Position numbers and translations under genes: made by a program. A stretch of 64,000 bases of DNA, taken from assembly GCF_041146345.1 (NCBI RefSeq), contig NW_027191405.1, positions 1,364,001 through 1,428,000 of the forward strand. Reading direction: 5' to 3'. Shown here piece after piece: positions 25,843 to 39,874 of this stretch. Positions within the stretch are counted from its first letter, which is position 1; the number at the start of each line of letters is the position of its first letter. Under the pieces are notes generated by a model. The model searched no databases. It saw only the letters and a program-made list of their open reading frames with translations, and was not told the origin of the DNA. This DNA comes from Neodothiora populina. Taxonomy: Eukaryota.

Positions 25843-27838
25843 TTAAACACAAACGCCTTCTTCGGCTTTACTCGTCGTCGTCAAGATTATATTGTTGCGC
25901 ATAGGCGAGTTGTTACGTGCGTCTTCTGGAGGAATAGGAAGCATTGCAGCAGCAGCAGGATGAGGCAAACCCCCAACGACGATGGCGTCTTTGCTCTTTT
26001 TGTTACTGGCTCGCGTCGAGACGGGTTTCTTGGCTGTAAACTTGAGGGTTGGTTGCGGCTTTGCTGCTGCTGTGGCTGCTGCTGCGGCTTGTTTCTTTGA
26101 TGCTGCTGTTGTTGGTTTCTTGCCTCCTGCTGCTGTTTTGGGTTTGGCCCTGGTCGCCCTTGTGGGTTTCTTTGCCGCTGTGGTTCCTTCTTCGCCTGTC
26201 GCTGGCGGCTTGGCTTTCGTGAACATTTCTGTGAGGTTCTTGACTGCTGCTTTGGTGGGGGCTTTGGTGGGCGTGTTCCTGGTTGATTTACTCGGTGCTC
26301 TGCTTCGCTTCTTAGACGGAGTTTCGAGAATCGTCGAGTCTTCGTCGTCGAACGAATCCTTGACAAACGACACGGGCATAACAGAATTCCTTCGGCTCGT
26401 GAGTGGTGTCGAGTTTGGTCTGAGTGGCGAAGTCATTGGGCGATCCACACTTTCGGGCTGCTTAAATGTTGGGTTGTGGTTGATGAGAACCTTGACATCG
26501 CCCTTGCGAGACGATGGCGTCGACATGACCTCTGAGTCCTGCTGGCGATCCCACTGGCCCAGCGCAGCGTGCCTTGCGATACTGTCACATTTGCCCCTCA
26601 CAATGATATCCCAGCAGTCCTCGAACTCCTTCCCGGACGGTTCCGGGTCGTTGTTGATCCAGATCGCTACACCATCCTTCCGGTCTCTTACAGTGGCGCA
26701 CATCTCCCTCACGATTCGTTTCACACCAGGTACTTTCAATGTAGTTCCGACAACAATAATAGCGTCAGGGCGTTTGCGCAAGTCCTCGCGGCAGACTCTG
26801 CCAATGGCTTCGTCATCAGGATTGTGTTCGTTGTACAGAACCATGCGCGGACGAAGCATGCCGACACCATGACTACGCTTTCCAGCCACCTCGGTTCGGA
26901 CATGATTCAGCTGCTCACACTTGGCACATACAGGCGGTACAGGTCCATCGAACAGGTCCGATTCGAATTCTTTGGTGTCGTGACACTTGGAGCAGACCAT
27001 TTTGTCAAGGCCACCGTGAAGCTGGACCGTTTTTGGCCATTTCCCGAACTCGTCCTTGGCAAGCGGGATCCGAGTTTTTAGTGGTTCCAGGGCGGTGTCA
27101 ATCCCATCAACATTTTGTGAGTACAGACGAAGCAGGCGATCCTGTTGGGCAAGAGTAGCGAGCATGTGATGGAAGGGAGTAGGCTGGGCGACCTTTGTCA
27201 TTTTCGACATTTCGCGCACCATATCATGGAAAGAAGAGGTAGACGAAGCATCCTTATAAACAACAGACGCGTCAAATAAGTCTTTTCCAGATCCTTTTAG
27301 GTTATGTTGGGCACGCAATGTCTTGAAAAGTCCTGTCGATGAACGGAAGTCGGGAACTGTTCATCAGAAAATCCTCCGGTCAGCACGCGTTTCAAGACGA
27401 GACTCGAGACAAAAAGGGCATGCAAATTCATAGTAACAACGTACTGCCAGCAGATACCGATATACCTGCACCAGCGACAACTACAATTTTCTGTCGCTTG
27501 TGTAAAACATTGAGTAAACGATCCAGCTGAGGCTGCTCCTCTGGGTCAATCTCGTCGCGTCGTAGATCCAGATACTCGGTGGTTCTTGGAGGCCTTTCGC
27601 TGACACGTCGCTTCTTCCGTGGAGGAGGCCCGTCTTTGTCCGAGTTCATGGCAGAAGAATCATCGGGACAGGGAGAGCCGGTCTGGGATGACTCCTGTGA
27701 TCGTGGTGGAGTTGGCAGTTGCGAGCGTTCACAAAGAGGTTTGACAAACGATTCGGGCGTGCTAAGTCTACTCGGTGGTGAACTCAATTCAGAGTCGCTC
27801 TCGTTGAAGCAGACATAGCCTGCGTTGGCTGCAGCCAT
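25843..27838 (-). CDS. hst4: NAD-dependent histone deacetylase, Hst3/Hst4-class sirtuin
   Basis: GAGISVSAG/IPDFRS across intron 27357-27444; GKDLFDA, YSQNVDG, QLHG, CSKC..CAKC zinc site, LRPRMVLYNE and VGTTLKVPG. Confidence 0.9.
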
Positions 27839-28981
27839 TGTGGTTGCTTATGGAAGGAACGCGTCGGTGGTGATGACGGTAGGGAAGGTACAAAACAGAC
27901 AGCGGTGTGAAAACAACACTGCAGAGCGTACAGACGTGATTATAATATCCTAAATCGCATGTACAACATTCCAAGGGCAGGGCGACGGAGATGACACGCG
28001 ACGATGCTAGCGAACGACGTGTTGGGTGGGCGTGGCTGGACGAAGAATTGAGACGACGACGTCGACGACGACAACGAAACGAAAGGGACGAAAGACGGAA
28101 GAGAGTAACGAACTCTCCGCTTCTGCTTCCCTGTCCCGGCTTTGAGGGATGATGGAGTGACACGAGCCGCAAAAGCCAAAGCCCGCACCAAACGTTGTTC
28201 CCTCCCGCTAGGCGCGCCTCACCACCTCAGCTTCTGTCTAGGCCGTCTGAGGTCTCTTCCACCCCTCCTCCCATTATTCCCTGTCGAGGCCGTCTACTGT
28301 ACCCACTCAGCGTGGCTTCGCACTCCCCTCCCCATTCCGCACTGCCTGCTCGCTGTCCGCTCCGCACACACACAGGGAGCACAGACCTTATGCTTTGTTG
28401 TGACGGCATCACAAAACACGCCTGTTGCCTGCTTGGCATACAACCAACCAACCGGTCTAATTTCGTCGCAACGTCTGGGAATAACGAAACATCGCTTCAA
28501 CGGGACTCCATCTTTTCGAGGCCGCCAGTTCCACTATTCGCTGCTGTACCTGCATATACGCAGGGTACAAAGAGACACCGTTGACATCGCTGAAGCGCAG
28601 CATTCGCAGATTAAGAAACCATTTCATATCGCTGAGCTAGAGAGAGGCCGACTAATCATTATATAAGAACATCCGTGGAGTCTGAAGCAGGCAACAACCA
28701 CGATATTTACAACTCTCTTGCTGTTCTTGATTGAACATTTTACAGTTGATATCAACTGGTCGACCTCGCTTGCGCAAGTATATCAATCCTGTTGGGCATC
28801 ATCTTTTCTACGGACTATACTGTGTTTGGATCTTGAGCTTCGTTGTGTAACTCACAAGCCTGGAGGTTTTGCGGATGCATCGCACAGAGCCTCTTTCCAT
28901 ACTTCGCCATTTGCTCGTGTCATCGTATACTTGACTGCTACCATTCTAGCTTCTTTCCCAGTGGCGCGGCAGCCACGTGCG

Positions 28982-31839
28982 ATGCCCCTGATGGTCGAAG
29001 ACCACACTATCATGGACAATATTGATGATCTGTTCGGTGACGGTGACAATGAAGATCTCAATGCGGCGCTTGCTGCAACATTGGACAGCGATACGTTAAG
29101 GCGGCGCGTGGAGGAGGCGCACAGAATTGGCTGCTGTCGGTAAGTCGTTCCATTGCTTATCGGTCCAATCTTCGGTCTCTAAATCACCAATTTACAGAAG
29201 ACTGGCGTGGTCGAGGACTGGTAGTGTTGCACACATCCCTCGTGGTGGCCGCGAGATCACCATCAGATCACTGGTGCGCGATAGGACAACCGGCAAGTCA
29301 ACACTCACGGATGGTACCTACAAACCTGTTCAAGCAGATGGCGATACTTGCTTCACACACATCGAATGGAGCATGCTCGGTAGCGAGCTGGTTGCCACGG
29401 ATCAATTCGGTCGTCTTTACGTATACTCCATGACCCTAGCCTTGAATCGGTTACTTCCAAACAAATTGAGCTACACTGTTCCGCAAGATGACCTCAGTGC
29501 CGTAGTGGGGATTCGCTGGCTCTCTACCACATCAGGACCGCAAAGGGTAGGACTAATGCAGACAATGCTTGAAGTATGAGAAGAAATCTGACTTTTCTGA
29601 ATAGGTGCCACTTATCGCCCCTTCGACCAAGGACGGTAACCGCTGGCATACTAGCATGTCACCGTACCAATATCAACACATCACCCATCCCTTCGAGGGT
29701 AGATCTGCATTCCTGTGTGTCACGCGAAACAACCATGTCAAACTCATATATCAACAACCCAGCCAGCCTTGGCAGGAAACGACGATGGAACTTGGGGAAC
29801 TGAGCAGCTCGGGCGATCTACTCACGCATGCAAGCTTTGGAGAGGCTCAGGGTCAGCTTTTGCTAGTCACATATGATGCCTCCAATTGTCTCCGTCTGTA
29901 CCGGGTACATATACTCTGGAACCAAGTGCAGGGTGATCCCCAACATGGCCAACCGCCGTCTGTGAATCCAACTTTGCGTGTCGCTCATACTCAACTGCTT
30001 GACCACGTGTTACCGCAGAGCGCGAGCGGAGCCGAACTGTCGCAGCTGTATATCCAGCCTGCAACGATAGGGGCTGAAAATGGTCACGTCCAGATCACCG
30101 CACTGTTCACGTGCCTACCAGACGACCAGCAGATGGGCCACGGAGCGAATAGCAGAGGCAGTGTGGTTGCCAGGTGGGAGCTGAAAGCGGCCGCAGTAGT
30201 CTTACACGAGGTGTTCAAGACACTGAAGCCTGGCACTGACAAGCTTATGCCCAGCAAACCCCGAGAGACTTTGCATAGATTGGAAGACACATTTGTGCCA
30301 AAGGTATACCTCTCAATGGACGACAATCTTTATCACAGCGTCTTCGCGTTTACATCTAGCGACGGCACCGTCGATTTTCGCAATAGGGCAACTATGGAAG
30401 TCATTGCACCTGACGGGGACAGCAATCGGGTCAGCAGTCTGCCCCAAGCGGGCTTTTCGTACATGACTTCCGAATGTACCGATATGGCTCTCTCACCCAG
30501 CGGCTGTGTATCGGCGATTGTCAAAGATGATGATAGCGTGCATATCCATGTTGCGGACTATGTACATGGCTGGACGGACGCCAAGGCTGATCATTTCCAG
30601 CCTCAGGCCGCCGTCGTGGCTTTGGCACGAGAAGTTGCTATTTTGTTCTGCCATAACCTTGGCAGTGATGACATTGTGGCTCTCCTTCCTCCTCATCTCG
30701 ACCGTGGCCTACGTCGTCGATTCATCGCGGAACTCCTTAGGACACTGAGCAAGAACACGGATTACTCAATTGACGATGCTGCCAACAAAGACAAGGCAAA
30801 GGTCCTCAAGGATAACTTTCTCTTCAAGATTCTCAGCATGCAAATGATTCTTGCTTACGGTGAATATCCTGTTCGTCGAGACGTTCCAGGCAAATTAGCC
30901 TGGGCAATGCTCAACCTGCGAAGTCTAGCGTCGAACATTATGGCAACAATAACAATGAGTAGCAGCCCGTCTCACAGTCACCAAACACCCGATGCAATGA
31001 TCTCATCGCGTGGACTGGTGAGATGGCATTTTGACCTTATGCACATGGTCTTCAACGATCTGTTTACTATTTTCCGCGCCGCCACATCCGCCTCCTCATC
31101 AGAGTCTTCGTCGACGGTGACCATCACCCGAGAATTCATCATGCAGCAAATTGCCGCCAACGGCGACACCCCCAGCATACACATTTTGCTACACTCCGCC
31201 CTACGCCACTTGCTCCGCTTCCTCGCCGAGATCGAGAAACTGTACTTTCAGCGCGCAGGTTCCTGCAAACAACTCGCGCGCGACCTGGCTCAACGGGCCG
31301 CAATCGCGGACATTGAAGGTCTTCTGACGAGCCATCTAGCATTCAAGCTACCTCTGTTCGAACAACTACTGCTCGAAATCGACGGCGCGGTACGGAAAGC
31401 ATACACCGAGGCCGGCGTCGACGCCAGAGGTCGCAGTATCGCGGAACAGAGCATGCTTGTCGAAGGAGACATTCCGGAAGTGCTCGTGTCTGTTCTGCAG
31501 GGATTGTTTGAGAAACAGCTGCCGCAGATGATGGAGAGAGTGGATGGAGTCAAGATCTTCACTACGGAGACGTCGTGGCTAGGATTTGGCGGTTCCGCAT
31601 CCGCGACGGCAGACGACGAGGAGCAGAGGCGAGCAAAGAAAACAGGCAGGGTCGTTGATATTATCCGGAAGGTGGAAGTACCGCTGAAGGGCTTGTCTAC
31701 TGATGGGAAGAAGCATGGTCTCAGGACGTGCAGACGGTGTGGAAGCCATGTCGAGGATCTCTGGGAGGACAGGACGCTCTTGCCTTGGGTCATGAGTAGC
31801 CAAAGGGCGTGTATATGTCTCAGTCCGTGGGTGGTGTGA
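28982..31839 (+). CDS. med16: Mediator subunit Med16 (Sin4)
   Basis: MPLMVED...DDLFGD start, GCC/RLAWSR WD-like region, LLTHASF, DGTVDFRNRATM, and C-terminal RTCRRCG...CIC; two introns. Confidence 0.85.
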
Positions 31840-32038
31840 AGGACATTGTTGGATTCGTTTCATACCCAACGGTATGATATGCACATGATATGCATCAAGC
31901 GCCTAGCGATATACCAGCGATGTCTTCAACCTTTCCGTTGCCGACTTCATATCCTCATTTCAAGACAAACTCCATGATCATACAACCTTCCCTTCCCACC
32001 ACCATAACTCAACCTCAACAAAAGAGCCAAGAGACAAC

Positions 32039-32430
32039 TTACTTCTTAGCAGACTCCCCGCCCTCCCTCTCCATGCCCTCACACCCAGCCACCTTCCCCG
32101 CGACCTCCTCGAATTTTCCGAACCCCTGCGTCGACGCATCACGGTTTGCACCCGCGGTTTTCATGGCGTCCACACCGGCCTTGGTGTCCTGCGCGCCAGA
32201 GTCCTGCCATGCTTGCGAGGAGGTCAGGTTGCCTATTGCGCTCTGTTTCAGAGGTCAACAACAACAACAACAACAACAACAACCACAACAACTTGTCTCT
32301 GCCGAATGAAGGAGATAAAGGTATTAGGGAAGGGGAACGGGAGGGGACTCGCCTCTGCTGCGCCTTTGACGTATTGTGCATGTCCGCCGATCAGGGAGGG
32401 GGTTTCGTTGCTGTTGGCGTTGGACGACAT
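32039..32430 (-). CDS. Small hydrophilic CsbD/LEA-like protein (93 aa) with a GC-AG intron
   Basis: Exon 1 32430-32353 (MSSNANSNETPSLIGGHAQYVKGAAE); intron 32352-32243 (GCGAGT...AAACAG); exon 2 32242-32039 (SAIGNLTSSQAWQDSG...KVAGCEGMEREGGESAKK*). Confidence 0.75.
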
Positions 32431-33029
32431 TGTTTCTTTCTTGCTTGTCTCTTCTTTCTTTTTGAGAGGGCTATGTGTGGTGGAGTTTTGCTGTTCGATG
32501 ATAGGTTCTTGTACACAGTAGTGGTAGTGGATTATGGTATCGTAGTAGAGCAGCGAGATATAGTAATGGAAGGATAAGGTAAGGTGAGATATCGATGATG
32601 GAGAGTGAGTAAGGTATGTTCGCTGACGTCACCACGTACTCATTATGCGGGGCGTGAGGATCTGTGGCTGGAGCTCTGTGGCTGTGCGCCGCGATCTTGG
32701 AGATCTTCGTTCGGAGCCTCATGCTTGTGGCTTTGCTCTGTTTGGATCTGGACCTGTGGCGCATGGCGGAATTCAGTATAACTCACCTTGCCTTAGGTTC
32801 ATGTGTATGGAAACGTGTGTAGGACCTGTGTATGCTTCTTTCTTGTTTTCGATAGTATGCGAAATCTGGGGATAATCGCACACTCATTGGACGTGTTGGT
32901 CGCACTTGGATATCGTAGGCGGGCATGTGGATATGAAAGAATGTGATATAATAACTAAAAGATCGTTACAAGGACAAATACATTTCTGCTCGAACCGGTC
33001 CTGTTCTCTCTGATGGAAAGTCATAATCA

Positions 33030-34803
33030 TCATGCCTTCAACTCCTCGACCGTGATTTCCTCTGCCGTCTCATCAAACAGATTCGACGCCATCTCTTCAA
33101 AGCCCAGTTTCCTCTCTTCCTCGCCCATGTTCCCTATTCGACAAAAAGCGAAATACACCACACTGCTCAGCACACAGGTCAACAGCCACCCAAGCTGATA
33201 AACTCTGACCCATCCCTCGGGGACATCTCGTCCGAAACTCTTAGTAAACCCCGGAATAGGCCACACGACAGAAAGAAGATACGCGAACGCCGCTCTCCAG
33301 CTGATCCCGGCCGTGTACCAGTATCGCGCGTTCTTCTCTGCAGTATAAAGGTCCCTGATGCAGATGTTTCCCTTGCGGACGACGAGATAGTCAGTCAATA
33401 CGATGCCGACCAACGGCCCGAGGAAGATGGAATAGCCGCCCAGAAACGTCAGGAAGGACTTTGCGGAAACAAGAATCTTCCAGGGACAAATCACCAGGCC
33501 GAGGATGTAGGAAATGTACATTCCGCGTTTGATGTTGACGTAGCGCGGTAGAAGCAGGGTCGTGTCCGCGCCCCAGGGGATCACGTTGACTCTGCAAAGA
33601 TCGCGATTAGTTGAGAATTGGCAGAGAATGCAGCAGGTAAGATGCAAACACACCCGAGATTGCTCGCGAAGATAGACAACAGGAAGCCCATGGACACAAG
33701 CGCGATGCCAGTCCTCGATCCTGCGCTCCAGTATCTGTCGAGGATAGCACCACACAAGTCCCAAGGATTCCAGTACGTCTTTCCCCAAGCACTCTTTATG
33801 GCAGAAGTGGCAAAGATACCAAGTGTTGCACAAAGAGTGTTTCCGATCGGCAAAGCGAGCAGTTGTGACCAGAAAGGCGCGTTGGGCGTGGCGGCGTATC
33901 GGGCTAGATCAGGCTGATTGACGATACTTGTCGAGGTCTTACCCATGAGTGAATTCACTCCTGACAGCATTACCCATGCCAGAGCAGAACCTTTGATTGG
34001 GTCCTTGCCGAATGAACCAGCTGCATGAGATTTGTCTTTCAAGATGCAGAAAATGAAAAGACCAATCACCACAGGCGGCAAGATGAATGATTTGGCTGTG
34101 TAGAGAAAACGTATCTTGGGTACAGGAACGGCAAGCAGAGGCAGCGAAAGGATCCAAAAGAGAAGTACGCCAATCAACTGTTGTACAGTAATGTCGCTAC
34201 TCTTGGGGATTGAGCTGGTCAGGTTAGCGAACGAATGCCCAAATATTGCTCGCAACAAGACAGCCGTGAAGAAGCCTCCCTGAGCAATCTGGACACCGAC
34301 CCAGATCGTGCCGACGAGCACTCGAACCAACACAGGAAAGTAAGCGCCTATCATGCCCCAAGGCACTCGTTGGGAAACAGGAAACCCAAAGTGGTAGACT
34401 GCAGCACTGCGAGAATGCATAACCATACCAATAGCACCGAGCAAATGTGCGATGAACACGCAGATGATGGCTTGCCACCAATTGAGACCGATGGCAATCA
34501 TTGATGAGCCAGCTAGTCCAGGGTCAATAAGACACACAAGAAAAGGCACTGGCAAGTCTACTTACCAGACCATACACCTGTACTGAAGCCATACGACCAC
34601 CAGAACATGGCATAGTCATACCAATGCCACGTCCAGTCCTTCTTCGGACTGATGTCGAGGTCTTCGTTGCTCCATCTGTTACGAGCCGCTAGTTGTCCTG
34701 TGGCGGACTCTTTGGTCTCCATTGCGCTCAAGAAAGCGTCTTTACTTGAGAAAGCATGTTGGATGGCAGCAGTGCGTGCACGGAAACGAGCCTGAACAGC
34801 CAT
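33030..34803 (-). CDS. NCS1-family nucleobase (uracil/allantoin-type) permease
   Basis: RWSNEDLD, GLNWWQAIIC, YHFGFPV, NQPDLARYA, WNPWDL and ICPWKIL motifs; two introns. Confidence 0.92.
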
Positions 34804-34881
34804 GACTGGGAGTTTCCTTCGCGCGATGCAGCCATGATCAAGCAGTCTGTAGCAAACATATGTATGCCGATGCTTCAAAAT

Positions 34882-35395
34882 CTATCAGTGTTCGGTTGAG
34901 AGATAGGCGGTGACGGATGGTGTACAAATGTTGTACTTCTCGATAAGAGGTCCTTGACTTTCGGGTGAGATATGGACGAGCTGAGCAGCCGACAAGATCA
35001 GGCCGGGCAAGGGCAGTGTCCTCTTCCAGCCGCCATCCTCACCATGCATTGTAGTCTGCGCATGCCAATCGGGCATGTAGTTAATTCGGTTCAAGATCTC
35101 ATTAGATGGGAGTCCAAATATGCATAAACAGGTATCGTGATGGCTCGCGTACGAAAGAGTCATAGTGGTATGTATACCGAGGATATCATGACTCGTGACT
35201 ATATTGTGACCTCGAGATAGGCCTATGTATGCTCGCCCGGTCAATCCTCCAGCGATAAGCTTAGCGTATTTCAGAGGTCAAGCTGGAAAGCAAGTTGAGG
35301 GGGACCACTGTATTCGTATCGCTAAAGTAGAGCAATGACTATCATGAATGGGTGGCGTGAATCGAGGTCCCCCACTCCTCATGGCTTTATTATCA
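34882..35395. promoter_or_regulatory. Cluster of HGATAR (AreA/Nit2-type GATA) sites in a divergent promoter
   Basis: Seven HGATAR matches on either strand at 34882, 34901, 34941, 35215, 35253, 35339 and 35390. Confidence 0.5.
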
Positions 35396-35477
35396 GCATA
35401 ACTTCCAAAAATTGGACCAACATAATTCCTCGCAGCGTTTGACGAACGGTAGTTGTATCGAGTTCCAGACTGCAGTC

Positions 35478-36670
35478 ATGGCTCCAGGTGCACTCCTCCC
35501 CGATCAAGGGACGGAGACAGAAGCAGAATACATCACCTTTCACGCTGCCAAGGGTAAATCAACCCGTCCAGTCCTCAAGGGCACGCAAGCAAAGAAGACA
35601 TTCGAAAGTATCCCTCAGGTAGACTTCAGCAAGATGTATTCTGCCAACTTGTCTGATCGTCAAGCACTCGCGCAAGAAGTCGGTGCTGCGTTCAAAGAAT
35701 CTGGGTTCCTGTATGCATGCAACCATGGCATTTCGGAGGAACTGCAGCGGAAGACCTTTGATGTCATCAAGCAGTTCTTCGAGCTGCCGAAGAGTGAGAA
35801 GATGAAGATACATATCAACAAGAGTCCTGCTATTAAGGGGTACGAAAATCTTCTGGAAACCAAGTTGGATGATAGCACACGAGGAGGTAGGTTGTTGCTG
35901 CGCACATTGCATAGTGAGAACAGAGATTGAAAGTGACTTACTCGAGAACAGACCTAAAGGAAGCCCTCAACTTCGGCGAAGATCCAACTGAACCGGAACA
36001 AACCTGTCCTCCAGACTTCGACTTATCATATTATCCCGAGAACGGAACATTGCCTCTAAACCAATGGCCCGACAATCCCCCCAACTTTCGGTCTGTGTAC
36101 TACCAATACCACGCGGCCCTGATGACCTTCTCAAAGCAGTTGCTGCACATCATAGCTCTGTCACTGGACCTACCAGAAGACCACTTCGATCACATGGCTC
36201 GGTTCCCCATGGCTGGTCTGAGACCATTGCATTACCCTCCTCAGGAAGCCAGTACGGATATAGGACTGGGTGCTCACGCAGACTACAGCTGGTTTACACT
36301 CGTCAATCAACTCACGCCGACTCCGGCGCTGGAAGTCCTGAACCACAACGGCCAATGGGTATCCGCGCCACCGATCAAGAACACGCTCGTAGTGAATGTT
36401 GGCGACTTCCTCGAAAGAGCCACGAACGACGTCTTCGTCTCGACGGTTCATCGCGTTGTGAACAAAACGGGACAGGAAAGATATTCGTTGCCTTTTTTCT
36501 TTACGCCTAGCCACGATGTCATGATCGAGACTGTGCCGACTTGTTGGGGAGAGGGCAGGAAGAAGGTGTATGAGGATGTTAATGCTGGCGCGTGGCAGCG
36601 CGAGAGGCTGTTCAGGGCGAGGTATAAGCATCCTGCTTCGATTGCTGCGAGAGCAAGAGGCGATATTTGA
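35478..36670 (+). CDS. 2-oxoglutarate/Fe(II) dioxygenase (DIOX_N plus 2OG-FeII_Oxy)
   Basis: IPQVDF and GFLYACNHGI (DIOX_N); HAD...HRV...RYS iron and 2OG ligands; intron at about 35887-35950. Confidence 0.92.
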
Positions 36671-38182
36671 ATTATTTGTACGCGAAACATTATCAGTATG
36701 ACCTTTTGGTGACAGTACTTCAGATGGTTGACACTAAGTAGTGAAGATCTAAACTCTTGATCTGACGCGAAGTGTATTGCCGGCACTATTGACGGAACGC
36801 TAGTGGAGAAAGAAATACAGGCGATGACTATGACAGTAAAGGAGCATCCATCATCTTAAGATGAAAATTACAGATCTTGCTTCCTACCTTAAATCCGGAG
36901 TATTCAATGGTGATCAAGCTCAAAAACCAAAAGGAAAAAGTAATGGAATCACTAACCTCAAGATCACAAGTCAGACAGCGACCCTGTCCACAGCCTCCAT
37001 GTCTGTCTTGAGAGCAACAAACCACTTCTACAATGATGAAACCCAGTATTGACATTATACTTCGCTTCTTGTTCAAGATGTCGACATCCGCTCGACTATC
37101 GAGGTGTAGGAGGAGAGGGAGAAGGGGTGGTAAATTGCTTGTAGACAACCTCGTGCACAACTTCTTGATTTGCTGATTTGATTTACGACTCAGTAGCGCG
37201 TAACGAGAAGTTGACAGACTTGTCCCGTACAATTCCATCACACATGATACAGGAACAGTACAGATACGAATGGGCAAGGTGGATTCAGTGAAATTCAAGG
37301 CTTCGATTTTTCTGCAAAATTCCGTCGCTGGATAGACAAAATACTACCCAGGACATAAAGCTCACTGTAAATGCATCTGCCTGTTGACTCATGGGCGAGA
37401 ACGACTTTGCATGAGCAGAGGTCACTAATCACTGGTTCCAGTGTTTCCATGCTGTCACCTGTAGCACCAACCCCACCCTTAGACATGTCCTTTTCCCTTT
37501 TGTCCATCCAGCATAGCAACAGGCAGACAATGATCGCGACGCCGAAATAGAGCAGCGGAAAGGACGGAGAGTGCGGATGATCAGAAAACAATAGGATAAG
37601 ACGAGGCCAGGGCATTGCACACGCCATCCAGCTCTCCAGCGTTGGCTGGGAAAGACGCGCATAGCAGATGCTCTATTTAGGCCCCATACGATAACAGTAC
37701 AAATCCCACAAGCCATGCATGTGAAAGACAAGTACAGAAATAACAACAATTTATTGTTGCATAAAGCCCGAATGAATCCTGATAGTCCATAGCTTATCTG
37801 CATAGCTAGTTCGTCATCATCGTACAGCCGGCGTTGCATCGCGGGAGAATGGTAAGGTTGGGTACAGATTTAGTCGATTTGTTATTGCTGGTGTTGTTGT
37901 TGTTGCGAGTATGGTGGGGTGGGAAGGGGTGCTGGACATTATCCAGGAAAAAACAGAAAATGTCAGAACGCCATAAACGCCATGCCATCACAGATGCTTG
38001 TCTGCGAGGATGTCTTTCCCAGAACGCCAATGAACAAACGATGATGGTGATGTTGATGATGGTACGCTGCAGGTGGAGATCGTGAATTGAATGTGTTGGC
38101 ACAGCTAGCCTCACTCATGCTACTGCCCATGGCTGATAGACAGGTCGAGCTCACTCAGCAAGGCATAATACTGCTCAGCCTG

Positions 38183-39874
38183 CTAGATCTGGGGAGTATC
38201 GCCACCGTTGGCGGCGATGTTATCGAGGTAAACCGGGGCGAATTTCTTGGCCCATTGGCGTAGGACGATGGAAGCTAGAGGAACTCGTCAGCGATTGTTG
38301 TTGGTGTGTCGAGCAATGACTTGCAAAGCTTACCCTTGAGAAACTTCTTGCTGGCGTATTTGCGGAAGAAGGCGTCGTGCTGGACAGGACCGTAGAGGTA
38401 GTCCACCATTAGCTTGAAGACAGGCTCAATCTCCTGCTCGGTGTAACCGGCGTACACGGCGAGAGTGGCATCCTAGTCATTGTCAGCAAGGGTAAGCACA
38501 GGAAACAAGAGTCGGGACATACCCATTCACCACGATCCAGAACGAGACGAGCAAGGTACATGGCGGCGGCAGCAACGTGACTTGGGGGATATTTGATGAA
38601 ACGGTAATCAAGGCAGCCAATCTCGAGGAGGTACTTGCCCAGAGTACGAGTCTGGATGTCGTAGTTGTCGGCTTTTGAGATTCTTCGGAGGAAGTTCATG
38701 GGGTTGGGATAGCTCAAGTCATAGTCCAGAGCGGCAAGGACGAAGCGCTCGGCGGAAAGGATCTCCTGCTCGGTGAAACCATCGTCGGCGACGTGACGGA
38801 AGTTCTGAACGTGAGGAGAGAGAACCTCCTCGTACTTGGAAGCGATGAACATGGCAGTGACACCGACGAGCTGGAGACGGTCGAGCTGAACGACTTTGGT
38901 GGACAGGAAACGGTCGATGATGTTGACGGCAAGGAACAGGGTTTCGGGAAGGAGGCGGAAACGGGTGTGGACCTCGAGGAGCCAATCGACGAGAATGCCG
39001 CGCATCTTCCACTCGAGCTCACTCTGGCTGTCCATGTAGTCTGGGTTGGGCTGGGTGGTGATCTCGAGCTCCTTCATGTAGTCAAAGATCTCGTGGACGT
39101 ATTCGGCAACCATCAGCGGGTCGTCAAGATCCTCCGAATCGAGGTCCTTTGCTTCCCGGGCAAGCTCCTCCAGAGTCTTCTCCAACGGGAGATTGAGCTC
39201 GACCTCTTCCTTGGGCGTGGTGCTCTCGACTCTGACCTCTTCCTTGACGGTGCGCTTAGCGACCGGAGCAGCGTTCTCCGACACTGCCTCTTCCTCCTCT
39301 TCCTTGAGTGCCTTGGTCGTGTTCCTCTTCTTGGTGGCATTGCCAGCGACACCAGAGCCGCTGGCCGGTCTCTTCAGGTCGGCAGCAGCGACGTTGTTGG
39401 TGGCCTTGTTGGTCAGAGCAGTGCGTGTCGACGTGGTCCTGGTGGGCTTCTGGATGCCAGTTGGTTTTTGCGCCAGAGCAAGCTTGCCCTTACCGGCAGC
39501 AGCCTTGGTGTCGAGAGTCTCATTCTTGGTAACATTGCTGACGTCGCCGAGGGCGGCGCGCCTCCTGGTGGGTTGAGTGGCAGCAGCAGTGGTGGTTGTC
39601 GTGGTCGTGGTTGCCGCGCGCTTGACGCCAAGAGCAGCCTTCTTCGGTGGGTCGCCGGCGTTGTTTTCCAGTGCGGCAGCCTTTGCACGCGTCAAACGAG
39701 TAGTCGTGGCAACATTCTCGTCGTTTTCATTCGTCACGGCACGTCTGACAGCTCTGGCCTATGGGTAATACAGTCAGTGGAAGAACAGGCGCGTCTCGGG
39801 TGACTCTGAGGTCTGTTTGCATATATGCTGGGAGTGTGGACTCTGCCGCGAGGCACGATACGTACTGGAGGCAT
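38183..39874 (-). CDS. nimE: G2/M B-type cyclin (NimE/Cdc13/Clb2 orthologue)
   Basis: D-box RAALGDVSN; cyclin box MRGILVDWL...LQLVGVTAMFIASKYEE; 9-nt first coding exon (MPP); three introns. Confidence 0.93.
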
